Shown here in pieces: positions 1-15,104 of a stretch of DNA of 64,000 nucleotides (within the stretch, counting starts at the first letter, position 1; each line of letters opens with the position of its first letter). Source of the DNA: the human T2T-CHM13v2.0 reference genome, Homo sapiens. Below the pieces are notes generated by a model, which was not told where the DNA came from, searched no databases, and saw only the letters and a list, made by a program, of their open reading frames with translations. The position numbers and the translations under genes were made by a program. The stretch is from the NCBI RefSeq assembly GCF_009914755.1, contig NC_060937.1; one strand, given 5' to 3'.

Positions 1-129
1 GAAAAAAATTCTTTACCCAAAGAAGAAATATTTTTACATTTTTATAAGTTATCTGTTATTCATATTGCAACTCTATACTAAGCACTGGTTTTTCTTAATA
101 TTAATTAGATAACCAGAGTGGTAAAATAG

Positions 130-1902
<1,773 letters not shown>

Positions 1903-4106
1903 TTAAAATATATTGTTTCACCTCTTTTCTTTAGCTTCCCCAGCCTATCCTTCCAAGGTAAGTCCTGAGCAAACCTTGTTTTGATTTGATTATAGAGGTG
2001 AAAGCTTTATTGCAATTAAGTAAGTGCATCACAGAGTGTTCCAGACATTGAGACTCACTTAGGAAGCTCCTGATCTGTCTGTAAAGGTCAATGCAATGGG
2101 AGTTGTAAAGAATAAGCTAGGTGCTATCCATGTTGGCAGATCTTAGGAAGGAGACATCTGTCCGAGGACCCAGGAACTACTTTTGGAGGTAACAGAGAGG
2201 GAAGAGTGTGAGGTCATGGGAGGTGGAGGTGCTTAACCTCATGATCCTGCATGATTTATGTGGCCAGGGAAGTTGAGGTATGCACAGCCCCCTTCAGCAC
2301 TGGCTGGTCAGGCAATGAGCCTCTTCATGTGTAGGGTCTGGTACAAACAAACAGCAAACAGCACTTCACCTGCATGAGGTCCAGCGAAGATAAAGGCAGA
2401 TGGACTGGGAGCATGGCTTCATGACCAGGAACTGCTCTGGGGAAGCCATTTCCCAGCTAGAAAGGTGAGAGGTGATTGTGACAAGTAAGGGAGCTGATGG
2501 TGTAAGGTGTAGTTTTGAGCAAACTCTGTCCGCTGCACTCTACCTCACCATCACCTCTTCATCTGTCAGCAAGTACAGCAATGGGCTGGGATGTTGTGGT
2601 TCTAGCAGTTCTACAGGTAAAGGCTCAACGGGGAATTTGTATTTGGCTCTGGGCTCTGATGAAGATGAGGCAGGATGGTTGGGCTGATAGCCTGAGCAAC
2701 CCCACTGACTAGCTGTGTGGAGGAAATACCTCTAAATTGATGTGCCCGATTCCACAAGTGTATGGGATTTTTAGACACTGATTTTCTGTTTGTTCTGATT
2801 TCACAAAGTCAGAAGGTGGTACCTCATAACAAAAAGGGAGATGGAAGCCAATAGGTTCTGTTGACAAATTACATTTGATTGACATACAAAAAATTGCCTG
2901 AATTTTAGTCTCATGTGTTTATGAAACAATGAAGGGAACTAAATTTGGAAAATGTCACCCTCCCACCCTCCCAACCCCAACATTTTGTATATCTTTTCTT
3001 TCCAGCTTTTTTTTTAAATGGCAAAACCTTTCATTTGCTATATATCTAGCTATGTATTTAGTTGTTTGCAGAGCTGAGTAAAGTATTCATGATATCATTT
3101 CTTTCTAAAGTGAAGCATAGCATTCTTTTAAGCTGCATATCAAAAGGTAAACAAGTAGAGAAACTGCTCCTTTGAAGATTCTGCATGAGTCTGTTGCTAG
3201 TTAAATTTTCCTTGCAGAAATCAAACAGGGTTTCCTGTTGCATGTTTACCAAGCCCCCTTTTGTCCATAAAGTATAAAACGCAGGGCTGCAATTTTCCCA
3301 TTTGTTAATTTTTCCCATTGAGCCCATTCCTTCCTTTTAAAATATATTCTTTTTTTCTAGTCTACCTCATTTAGCAGTGAATATGGAGGATTACAAACAT
3401 TCTTGTTAGATATAAAACATTCCAGGAAATTTAATTTCTTTAGTCATGGATTTTAGCTGTAATGATACTGCACATTTGTATAACATCCCTGCGATGAGAA
3501 ATGTGAACCCCTTATTCATTATCTGGAGACAAGCATTATTATTATCATAATTTTGCATCCTGTGTAACTGAGTCACAGGAAATGGACCAGAAATAAATCA
3601 TACCTGGAGTGTAATTTGCAAAAGAACGTAGGAAAAAAGTAGGATGATTGCATCGTGCCTTGGACACTTGCACCCTGGAGTACAATGCAGCTGGTTTACC
3701 ATTTAGAGAAGACAGGCTCTCGATGGCTTGGATGTGGATGGGAGGAGGTGGGAGGCAGTGAAGGCATGTTGAGGGTTGCCGCTGATGTTGGACAACACTA
3801 CAAGTCATTCCCTTATGCTTTTATGATACGCCTATATCCTCAGTGTAGCCTGTCCGTGCAGCCCCCAGCCACATTTCCCTAGGCCTGGAGCCCTGCTGGG
3901 TGCTGAGCCCAGGCACCGCTGCTTCTTGGGGGTTGCCTCCGAAGTCCATGTGAACCAGTGTGGTCTTGAACCTAGGTTGAGTTGCTCATGGCCCTTTGGA
4001 CCTGGCAAGTGTCTGAACCATACCTCTGGTTCTATCATCATGCTCAGAATCCTTAGTGGTCCAAGCCTGCACCCCCAGGAATTTTCTCTCATCAAAATGC
4101 TTCCAG

Positions 4107-4415
4107 GGCCGGGTGCAGTGGCTCATGCCTGTAATCCCAGAACTTTGGGAGGCCAAGGCAGGCAAATAGCTTCAGCCTAGGAGTTCAAGGCCTGGGAAAA
4201 ATGACAAAACCCCATCTCTACTAAGAATACAAAAATTAGCTGAGTGTGGTGGTGTGTGCCTATAGTCCTAGCTACTCAGGAGGCTGAGGTGGGAGGATGG
4301 CTTGAGCTGGGGAGGTCGAGGCTGCAGTGAGCGATGATCACAACACTGCATCCCAGCCTGGGTGACAGAGCAAGACACTGTCTCAAAAAAATAAAAAGAA
4401 AAGAAAAGAAAAAAA
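4107..4415 (+). mobile_element. AluJ
   Basis: ggccgggtgcagtggctcatgcctgtaatccc...gaggtcgaggctgcagtgagc with J-type diagnostics, small internal deletion, A-rich tail. Confidence 0.9.
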
Positions 4416-7257
4416 ACTCTGCTACCAAAAACAGAGCTGATATTTTTGAGAAAAAAAAAAAAGAAACTAAAAAGAAGCCATGAAGTGAAGGATCCACCTA
4501 TGTGTCTTCTGGGATGGGTAAGTCAGTCTCCCCAACAACTCCCTCCCACTCAGAACGTAAAGCAGGATTCCCTGCCACAGTTTCCTCCACCTGACAGGTT
4601 TAGGAACAGCTGGGTCCACTAGGGAAAGTAGGAGAACTGATAGAAGTAGCAAAACAGAGACGGTGCCCTGACTCTCCTACTCTGGGCTTGGACAGGTGGT
4701 GTCCATGTTCACTGTGGGTGGGGCTTTGAGTTCTGGAAGTTTACTGTTAGTGCCATTGGTGTTTATTTCTTATTTCAATGTAGAAATGAATGAATGAGTT
4801 CCGCTCTAGCAAAAAGTGCCTGTGATCTGAAATAATTAGTCATCACAATCAGAGAGAATGCTATGTGACTAGTAAATCATACAATTGAGGAATTGCATTT
4901 AAAAATTAGAGTTATCAGGAACACCTAAAAAGCTGTCTATTCAAGTAAGCCCCTGGAGCTTTGATAATTATCAGGAGGCAGAATGTAACCTCCTTGGCTT
5001 ATTCTCGAAGGGATGCTGCCACAATTCGGTAGTAGATTCACATGCCATGAGTTTATAGGGAGTGTGTTGAATTTTGAGGGGCTTTTTCATTTGACATTTA
5101 TACAATTAGCCATGGCTTTGGCTGGGGTGTTAAAAAAGGCAAGTAGGAAATCACCAGAAACAGGAGAACTTACAGATATGTTGCCTTTTTTGGTGTATGT
5201 GGAACATAGTACGAGAAACTCTCATGGGAACTCTGAGGAAGGAAACATACCATGTCTGTCACTAACCAGGGAAAAAAAATGTCACTGGGCCAGTAAGCAT
5301 TAAGCAGAACAATAAGAACTTCCTGGTGCCAAGAGTCAGGACAAATGTGTGAAAGGGAATGAAGGGACATTACCATACTGAGCCTTTCACAGGAAAATGC
5401 TAAATAAACCGAGAGATGCTTGTCAATATTTGGATAAGGAAACATGTCTCAGTCTGATTTTTAAGGCACGCTACAAAAAAAAAAATCTTGAGAAACTTTG
5501 TACTGTATTCACAATATCAACAAAAATAATACACTTGGAGTCTGGGGTGGCCATTCTCATGGTAATGAATGTGTTTCAACAGTGATCTCCTATTGTGAGC
5601 CTTGGAGCTGCATGTCTCCAGGCTCTAGGGAGGCACGGATGGACACCGCCCCCACATTGTGGCCACAGCGTGCCTTTGTGAGCCTCAGCTGTGAGCTTCT
5701 CAAGTCCTCAATGGGCAGGCAGGGCACACTGAATTAGGACCCATTGCTGCTTCATTTATCCACGACACAATTTATAAACAGCAAGTATATTACTTGTTTC
5801 ATGTTTTATTTGTTAGGTCATTTCTAGCAAAAGCTGAGCACATGCACCCACATATAGGGCAGCTGTGCCTCCAGTCAACCCAGTAGGAAGAAAATTGCAA
5901 ACATTGTTGAAATAAAATTGGGTGGATGGTTGCTTTCAAGGAGCACAGCCTCCCACCTGCTTTCCTGAACTAACCGTGGGGAGCAGTTGGTTGCACTCTT
6001 ATCAGTTTTGCTGGTGCTTCTCTCTTCTCCATTTCGACCATGCTTTTAAAAAAGGCATTTGGATCTGGAAGGAAAAATGCAATAATCCAAATCTTTGGCC
6101 TCGGGTTTTGAGAGGTGTCTGTTATACTAGGAATCTAAAAAGGAAAGCAGAGAAATTCAATTGAAAGAAACAAAAAACCAGCTTTCTCCTTTCTCTTTAG
6201 CAATAACAAAGGAAGGAGAGAGAGCAAGAGTGAGAGAAGGAAATAAGACTCTTCTATTTTAACACTTTAGTGTATAATGGCATATGAATAATATCATTTT
6301 TCTGCCATTTATTCAGATGTGAAGGAACTCAGTGAATAATAATAGCTGCTGTCAAAGGTATTTATATTTAAAAGGTCTTTATGTAAAAAAATTTTTTTTT
6401 TTGTCAGGACTGATTTTTCTCTGAGAGGATCCCTCTATCTCCTAGCAACCAATATGGCTATCTTTTTGAATAGCTGCTGCGTGTACAGTGGGTGCATAAC
6501 CTTTATGTGGAAGCATTTGCAAATTTAGCAGTCAGGACTCATATGAATTCAAAGCAAGTTGTGAAACTGATCTCAGACCCAGACTTGTGATAGAAGTCTC
6601 AGGGGGTCTCTTCTGTTGGCAAGACGAAACACATGTGATGGGCACGATCCCCTTCCTGTGTCGACTGCATGTTCTGCAAATGATAAACGGCCCCTTAAAT
6701 AACCTGTTCACAGAACTTTTATCTATTTAAAAAGAAGAAAAACAAGCTAACCTGAGGAAACCCAAAGATTCTGCTTTGCAAATTACCATCCTAATGGAAA
6801 GATTCTATCTCAAGAAAGAAAATGTCTAGAAGTTTATTAAAAAAAATTAAAGAGTAATGGAAACATCTGGAACTCAGTCATCTCTTTTGCTTCTACGTTT
6901 TGATTATTTGTAATATATTAATGTCATTTTCATTCCTTCTAAATCTTACAACAGGGACTTTCTGCATGTTCAAAAAACATTGGCTAAAGTTCCTAATCTC
7001 TCTCTGAGATAAACATTATAATAAACAGATTATAAATAAATAAATTCATAGAATGAGAAGAGATAGAGACAGAAACAGAAACCATTTCTTGTAATTTCTA
7101 GTCTACAAGGCTGTGTTTAGCAGTAGAATATTATCATTAAATTTTTTTTAAAAACAATATTTGTCTCCTGGAGGCATGCACCCTATTAAAATGAGTATAT
7201 GGTTTTAAAAGAAGAACATTTACATAATTTCAAAAGCCTTCAAAAATGAACTCTCTA

Positions 7258-7561
<304 letters not shown>

Positions 7562-8009
7562 GAACTCTCTAGAACCAGACTTCCGCGTGTGAAGTGCTCA
7601 GAGAAGGCACAGAAATCTCCGGCATTCATCAGCACATGGTGAGCGTGAAGCTGCCCGCTGGTGCCACCACACACTGCTGCTCTTTGTTCTCTGTCCCACT
7701 GAAGGTTAACGAAGCTGTCTTTAGGCACAGCTGTGAGGTCGGCAAGATTTGTCATCAGAGAGTCCTCTTCCCGCTTTTTATTTACTCTTTCTCTTCTTGC
7801 CTTTTCAGACTTTCACCTCTCTTTACCATCCAAACAGGAAACATTCAGATAACCAGATATGACACTTGTCTATTTACAGAATTATTTAACTTTCATTTTC
7901 TTTCACTTGCCTTCCACGTAACTATGCATTTTAAGTCTCTTCGTGGTTCCCAAAAAACCTTGTTCCCCTTATTAAAACGTTTTCAGGAATCTGTAATAGT
8001 CCCTGAAGT

Positions 8010-8235
8010 ATTTGGAGTGCTTTACAGCCTCAAAGGGACTTTCACTTTATCTCATTGATCTTCACAAGGACCTTGTCTAGGTATATGTTATTTTTTATTA
8101 ACACCACCATTTTCATACCTAAGGAAATGGAGCTTTGGAGAGATTACCTGACTTGCTTGAGCTCATAAAACTAATACAGACGGTGCAAGGGTTCAAGAGC
8201 AGGTCAACTTTGTAGAAATCATTTGCTCTTCCCCT
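8010..8235 (-). mobile_element. MIR
   Basis: Reverse complement of the MIR core (ccattttcatacctaaggaaatggagc...acctgacttgcttgagctcata). Confidence 0.7.
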
Positions 8236-8504
8236 TAGATCACAATACTTCTCAGAAAGCAGTTGGAAAGGTACTCCTGGAGGAAGACATTTGGTGAAAA
8301 ATGACACCAGGCCTACTGTAAGATTGCAGCTGGAGTGAACCCTGAGTTAGTCCTTAGGGGGTCGCCAGGAAGTCAGGGGGAAGGAGATCAAGTTGCTTCC
8401 TACTGACACCACTTATGTGAGGAGGTGCCTACCAGGCAGGCTCTTGGGGCAGAGGAGTCTGTATTGCTTCATCCCAGGCTTCTTGTTGGTCCTGGAGCTG
8501 GTCC

Positions 8505-8692
8505 TGTAGTTGAACAGATCTCTATCCTCAGACTAGTGACACCAACATTATCTGCAGGCTTAGAAATGCAGAATCTTGGACTTCGCAGACGGACAAGGTC
8601 GGAATCTCTGAGGAGGTGGCCCAGGACTCTGTGTTAGTATGCCCTTCCTCCTCCGGGTGATTCTCTGCCACATTGCGGTTTGAGAACCACTG
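8505..8692 (+). mobile_element. MER5A (hAT-Charlie MITE)
   Basis: ttagaaatgcagaatcttgg...ggtgattct...tttgagaaccactg terminus. Confidence 0.8.
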
Positions 8693-9128
8693 CTGCAGAT
8701 GGCTGCCCTATGTTATGTCTGACTAACGGGAACCCTCGTTCCCAACGTCTAAAGTTGTCACCCTCAAGAGCTTCTTCCTTCCTCCTAGATCTGGATGTAG
8801 CTTCTTTTCAAGAAGAATTTATTTTCTCTTAGTACTTGAAATTGATGATATCTTCTCAACTGACTTTCTAAAACTCATTGATTTTGTTCGTGTCATCTTT
8901 TATCTTTAATGTGACAGTTCTAACTACGCATTGAAGCTTAAGGAGTTTCTAGGTTTCTGAAAGATATTTTTACCTTTTCAAAATAGAAATGGAAAAAGAG
9001 AAGAGGGTATTTTTGGGAAAAGAAAAAGGAAGAATTGCATAAAATAAATTAGAAAGGAAAACATTTGGAAATGTATGTTAGCTATTGATATTGATTTGTT
9101 CTGGGAGTGTTCTGCAGTTCTTATACAG

Positions 9129-9191
9129 GATGCAAAAGGATGCCGTATATGAGGCGATCATAATCGCAAAGCTGACTTTGACTGTCTTCCT
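9129..9191 (+). ncRNA. Candidate penultimate exon of a spliced lncRNA
   Basis: Acceptor ttcttatacag| at 9128 (alternative ctgcag| at 9117) and consensus donor cct|gtaagt at 9192. Unique, CpG-retaining sequence with no ORF. Confidence 0.45.
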
Positions 9192-9663
9192 GTAAGTACG
9201 AGACAGTGGACAGTGGATCAATTCAGCTAAGAATCCAGTTAATTCAGAGATAAAAGTCTGACTGGTTATTTGGGGCTGTTAAGTCAACCTGCCCACCTGA
9301 CCGTGCATGAGATATTCCTTTTTAATGAAATATTTTGATATCCTAGAGATTTTTAAATTACATCCCTGTTAATTATTTACATCTACAGCATGGGGAAAGG
9401 TGGATTTATTGTCATTTGCTAGCCAAGCTCTATGTATGCTTTAAAAAGACACCAGTCCTTTCAATTTTTAGAAGACATTGTATGTTATTCTTCTGAGCCT
9501 TTATTTAATCCTAAACACACATGTGTACACACATACCCTCAGATAAACTGTGTTTTTAAGCAAATGTGTCACCAAGCTTTGTTTGAGACTATAGACGAAA
9601 ATAAGACATCCTTCACATTGTGTTCCTCCCGCTTGAAAGCTTTTCTTTTATACATTTGCACAG

Positions 9664-9942
9664 GGTGAAGCCAGATGGGAGTGCTGAGCTTCAGGGAGCA
9701 GCTACGCAAAGTTAATTGTGCTCAGCAAAGTCTTCTAGATTAAGCGGTCGCTCCAATAAAGTTTCCTGATTCTGTCCAGAAATCCTCAACTCCGACAATA
9801 AGAAGTGGGTTGAGGGGCAATTTGAATACATAATCAAAAAGCATATAATTGAAGATTGAACTTGAGCTATAGCTTCATGTATTGTCTCTGCGTTGTTCTA
9901 TTTTAATAGTTGCATATGGAGACAATAAAGCTACATGACAAA
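9664..9942 (+). ncRNA. Candidate terminal exon of a spliced lncRNA (tentatively recalled as the CASC15/LINC00340 3' end; unverified)
   Basis: Acceptor ttttcttttatacatttgcacag|ggtgaag. AATAAA at 9755-9760 and 9924-9929, upstream TGTA, CA at ~9940 and a downstream GT-rich tract gtctgttgttaagttt. Gene identity is from memory only. Confidence 0.55.
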
Positions 9943-9960
9943 TAGTCTGTTGTTAAGTTT
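9924..9960 (+). terminator. Polyadenylation signal (AATAAA + CA + GU-rich downstream element)
   Basis: gacAATAAAgctacatgaCAaata-gtctgttgtt has canonical spacing. Confidence 0.6.
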
Positions 9961-11075
9961 CAATGCTTTCTCTCTGATTCACATTCATTCTCTCTTGTCA
10001 GGTTATCAATCCCATCCCCCAAATTTTCTCCTAATTTAGAGTACTTGAAAAAATACATTTTTCATTTATAACTAACTGGCTGTCTGACTGAAAATAGCAG
10101 AGCTGCTACTAAAAACTTTTTCTTAAGTAGCTCTTCATTTGAAGAGAAGAGGAAATATTGACTCAACTAGGTTAGGAAGATACAGAATGTCGTTACCTTT
10201 ACATGATACGTTTTATTTATTCCTTCTTAGGAATCATTTCCATTTTATTTTTAGTTTGCAGACAAGCTTCCTATTGACTTCACTGCTATCTCTTCATTTC
10301 TTAATGTAGGCAGTTCTCTGGACATTTTATGAAGAAAAGTTTTATCTTGATTTTCAGACATCCTAAAACTCTTTTGTTTTGAAGAAATAATTCAAAATAC
10401 TTCAAGTAAAATGCATTCATTGTAGTATTCTACCTGATTATTTATCATTATCAAGGCTGTTTACAGCTTTGACCTTCTTTCATTAATGTGCTATCCTGCG
10501 ATGCAAACTTACAAAATTCCTTGTTTCTGTTCCTAAAATGATGATGCTGGATATGGAGAAAACTTTCTGGGCATGAACAAGAATTAAAATAAAACAAAAC
10601 ACTTCAAAGATCTGAAAGAAAGATCAAGGATTTCTGCCATATAATGTAATTGTGAAATTGTTGAATCACACAGTTTAGAAAGGAAGTAAAACAAAAACAA
10701 AAACCAGCCCTCTGGTGCTAGACAGAAGTCAACCTCACTGTTTGAATCACATGGTTTTCCTTCCCAATTTTTAGAATCCCAGAGGTAGAATTTCTGCAGC
10801 TTCTTCGATAGCCTTTGTTCTTGTTATCTTGCTCAGTAGCTTTTGTCCTCTACTTCATAGAAATATAAGAACGATATCACTGCTACTATCAGGATTTGGA
10901 ATGTTTCTAGACCAAAGAAAACCCGATTCCTTATTTCTTCATGGCTCCTGCAGAGTCGAGGCCAGAACTTCTGGTACTACTGTAAGGATTACAGGAAACT
11001 TGCAACTACACCCTCTTCTTAATCTCAGTGAATTACTCCATGGAGTCACTGGAAAATCACTGTTGGCACTTTCTT

Positions 11076-11461
11076 TCCCTCTCTCCCTCCCTCCCTCCCT
11101 CCCTCCCTTCTCTCTCTTTTCTTTTCTCCTTTCTTTTCTTTCTCTGTTTCTCTCTTTGTCTCTTTCTCTCTTTCTCTCTTCTCTCTTTCTTTTCGGAGTC
11201 TCGCTCTGTCACCCAGGCTGGAGGCACAATCTTGGCTCACTGCAACCTCTGCCTCCTGAGATCAAGCGATTCTCCTGCCTCAGCCTCCTGAGTAGCTGGG
11301 ACTACGGGTGCCCACCACCATGCCTGGCTAATTTTTCTATTTTTAGTAGAGATGGGATTTCGCACGTTGGCCAGGCTGGTGTCCAATTCCTGACTTCAAG
11401 TGAGTGTCTCACCTCAGCCTCCCAAAGTGCTGGGATTGCAGGCTGAGCCCCCGCACCCAGC
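11076..11461 (-). mobile_element. AluS/J with tail expanded into a ~120-bp CT-rich low-complexity tract
   Basis: Alu body 11192-11461. Degenerate TSD cactgttggcactttct before and cattgttgaccctttct after. Confidence 0.9.
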
Positions 11462-11930
11462 ATTGTTGACCCTTTCTCTCTCTACTCATCTTTCTGGGCA
11501 CCTTTCTAATCTGTTCACTTCATTCCAGCCCTCACTGCCTTCTTATCACTGCCTTTGCTTAAATTTATGAACCCGTATGTCTTTCTTGATCTAAATTAAC
11601 TCCTCTGAATATATCTTCCTGTCCTAGAGCTCTTCATTGGCACCCTTTTGCTCTAAGGATAAATTCCAAACCCTATAACAGGCACAAATGACCCTGCATG
11701 CTTGGTTCCCTCGTCAACCTCATCTCTACCTGAAAAGCTAGTGTCGGTGCCGCTCCCAGGGGCCTCCGTAGCATCCAGCATTTTCTCCGCTGTAACAACC
11801 AACACTTTGTGTGGTCCTGCAGCCTCCAGTCAATTCTGTGAAGACCGGCAGTGTCTTATTTACTGACATATTCTCAGAGCAAGTCTTGTCACCCAGACCA
11901 TAGTAAACCTGCAGAAACCACCAGATGATT
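11462..11930 (+). mobile_element. L2 fragments
   Basis: ctctaaggataaattccaaaccct, cagtgtcttatttactgacatattc: L2 3' region motifs. Confidence 0.55.
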
Positions 11931-12329
11931 GGTATAAAAAGAATGGTCGCATTTGGGTGATGAGGGATGGTTTCAAGGATGATCTGGGACCTTGTGCATC
12001 ATACATTTATCATCATTAAAAGATAAAAGCTTAAAAGATACCTATTGGACTACTACAGTAATATTTTTATTTGGTTTTATTTTAGTGTGTTCTCCCATTA
12101 TTGTGATTAAATTCTTTGACAATGGACCATGATGATGCAAGCTGGGCTGGGTATCATTCCTGCAGCCCAGTGAAAGCTCACACAAGAATGAAATCCACAC
12201 CAAAGTGAAATGTCCATGAAACATGGGGAAAAGAAAGCCCTGCACTTCACATGACTAATGCTAGAATCTTCCTTGAATTTACAATTAATGGAACACAATA
12301 AATGTCCTTAATTGATATGGGCACCTATC

Positions 12330-14170
12330 CTGAACTTACAGGTGGCAGGATGTTGGGGGTATCAGGAAAAGCTTTCTAGAGGAAGGGATGGTCAGGTTGA
12401 ACTATGAAGGAAGAGTAGGGCTTAGACCTGCAGTATTGTGGGGATCAAAAAGCCAATGTCCTAGGCAGACGAAGCATTATGTAGGATAGTATGAAGTAAG
12501 ATGTGCTTGAGAAACACATCTAAAAGAGTGAGGAAATTGGTGTGAGGAGGTAAAGGTGAGATATCAGGATGAAAGAGTGAACAGGAGTCAGATGATGCAG
12601 GCCTGTGAGCTGCTCTGAGGAGGTTTGGATGGGATATTTAAATAACAAGGAGCACTTGAGGGATTGTAAGCAGCAGAGGGCAATGTCGTGTTTGTGTTTT
12701 AGAAAGATAATTCTAGAAAATGGAACGGAAGAGGCAAGAAGAGAAGTGGGGAAAGCAGTCAGGAAACAGAATTCTCGAGAGAGACAGTGGTGAGCATATG
12801 CAGAATGCAGGGTGGAGTCTAGAGGCACTTAGGAAACAGTGAATGGGACTTGCTGATTGGCTGGGTGGGGGGAGATGGAAAGAAATAGCCAAAAATCAAG
12901 GTGCTGCCCCTGTTCCTGGCAAGGACAGGTGAGTTGATAGTTATATTATTCACTGAGATAGAACAGGTCTCATACTGGGCTTTGCTGAATTGGAAGTGTT
13001 AGTAGAACTTCCAAGTAGAGACATCCATTGGACACTTGGGTGTAAAGGTTTGAAGTTTGGAACCTCGTTGGTGGGAGATTTAGATTAGTTAGTCATTAGC
13101 AGAGACAGTTATTGACACTCTTGGAATAAATGAGAGCAATCAGTGACAGTGAGTAGAATGAGAAGAGAAAAGAGACAAGGACAGAAAGTTGTAATATTCC
13201 AATGTTCAAGAGGCTCATAGCAGCAGGACTGTGCAAAGGAGGCTGAGGAGGAGCAGCTGGAGAGGCGGCTGGGAAGCTAGGAGTGTTGAGGGGCTGGGGA
13301 TCAAGAGAACCTTGAGAAGCAGGAGTGGCCAATGACACAAGTGATGCCAAAGGTCACAACAGTGACTTTTGTGGAAATGATTTCAGTAGAGAAACCAAGG
13401 TGAAAGGCAGACTGTGGTGGACTGAAGACAAAATGGAAGATGAAGAAGATGATGAGGCAAACGTAGACAATAATTGCTGATGACACAGATTTTTATTTGC
13501 CAGAGAAAGAGATGATTTTGAGGTAGTTCTTTTACCCTTTCTCTGTTTCTTTGTTTCTTTCAGTGTGAATGGTTTATGTTTTTAAAAGTTGTTGACACAG
13601 ACCTGATAAAACATGGGCATTTGAAGGCATGGAGTAGGTGGTGGCTGCTCATGATTGTGTGGGGAGGGCAGGCTCAGGTGTGTATCACACAGATAAGGTG
13701 CCTGGTGAGGGGCACACCCACACTAAGTTTCAGCCTTGGTGCAGCACTGAATGAGCGCAGAGGAAGGGATGCCTTTTCATAATTTATGTTTTTACAAAGC
13801 TGCCCTAAATGCTTGCAGGACTATGGTGGAGGAAAGTGGCATTTAGTAATTGATTGAATGAAGTCTTGAAGACACGTAAAAAGTAAAGTCTGGAGGACAG
13901 GAGAACAGGGCCCTAGGAAGGGGGACGCATCTTCCCAATAAACCAGAAAAGAAAGAAAAGGATGTGTGCCATTGTACACAAGAAGCCTGGCTTAGTATGA
14001 GAAGTTGGGAGAATTTCTCTTTTCTCATATCCATTTTCTCTGTGAAGAAAGAAGAGACAGATCATCTGTTGAGAGAATGGGTCAGAGGAGGTTTGAGGAA
14101 AGTTGAAAAGTTTTGAAACAGCTTCTATAGTGAGTTGGGAAGGGGGCTGATTATAAGAATTGCCAAGTTC
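12330..14170 (-). mobile_element. L2 (long degenerate fragment)
   Basis: Purine-rich L2 reverse complement (gagggattgtaagcagcagaggg...tttagaaagataattctag; ttggaagtgttagtagaacttccaagtagagacatcc). Confidence 0.65.
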
Positions 14171-14307
14171 CTACTGTGCCATTCAATTTTACTATCATAA
14201 CATTCCACAACATTTCAGTTCCTTACATGGTTTTGTCAAGAAAATGTAGCATTTTGTAGGAGGAAGTTTTTTTTTCTTAAATTAAACATGTTTGAAATGT
14301 TCGTTGA

Positions 14308-15104
14308 ATCACTGATCATTAGAGACATGTAAATCAAAATCACAATGAGCTACCATTTTACACCAGTCAGAATGACTACTATGAGAAAGTTAAAAAACAA
14401 CAGATGCTGATGAGGTTGTGGGGAAAAAGGAATGCTTTTACACTGCTGGTAGGAGTGTACATTAGTTCAACCATGTGGAAGAGAGTGTGGTGATTCCTCA
14501 AAGACCTAGAGGGAGAAATACCATTCAATCCAGCAATCCCATTACTAGGTGTATACCCAAAGGAATATAAGTTATTCTATTATAAAGACACATGCATGTG
14601 TATATTCATTGCAGCACTATTCACAATAACAAAGACATGGAATCAACCCAAATGCCCATCAATGATAGAATGGATAAAGAAAATGTGGTATTTATATGCC
14701 ATGGAATACTATGCAGCCACAAAAAAGAATGAGATCATGTCCTTTGTAGGGACATGGATGGAGCTGGAGGCCATTATCCTTAGCAAACTAAGGCAGGAAC
14801 AGAAAGCCGAATACTACATCTTATCACTTGTAAGTGGGAGCTAAATGATGACAACTCATGGGCACATGGTGGGGAACAACACACACTGGGGTTTATCAGA
14901 GGGTGGTGGGGGGCGGGGGTGTGAGGAGGGAGAGAGCATCAGGAATAATGTTGATGGATGCTGGGCTTAATACCTGGGTAATGGGATGATCTGTGTAGTA
15001 AACCACTGTAGCACATGTTTACCTGTGTAACAAACCTGCACATACTGCACATGTACCCTGGAACGTAAAATAAAAGTTGGAAGTATAAAAAAAGGAAAAA
15101 AAGA
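14308..15104 (+). mobile_element. 5'-truncated L1PA (about PA11-13) 3' end
   Basis: ORF 14596-14844 is the ORF2 C-terminus (TWNQPKCPSMIEWIKKMW), followed by 3'UTR and A-tail. TSD gaaatgtt(c/t)gttga at 14294-14307 and 15105-15118. Confidence 0.92.

Noticed and set aside
1970-2710. Possible old ERVL-type LTR on the minus strand
   Set aside because: Composition and a reversed AATAAA are suggestive, but I could not match termini or a family.
4383-4475. Second A-run after the AluJ tail suggesting a 3' transduction
   Set aside because: The best degenerate TSD (tgcttcca / tgctacca) follows the first tail, so the second run is probably pre-existing.
7594-8058. 154-aa ORF with an internal donor (7639) and a strong acceptor (7808)
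   Set aside because: GTG start, no recognisable domain, ends in a MIR. The splice sites lack clear partners, so no exon was called.
10829-11446. 205-aa ORF, the longest in the window
   Set aside because: Runs through a CT low-complexity tract and an antisense Alu; typical spurious Alu frame.
14596-14844. Protein-like 82-aa ORF
   Set aside because: L1 ORF2 C-terminal remnant of a truncated element, not a gene.
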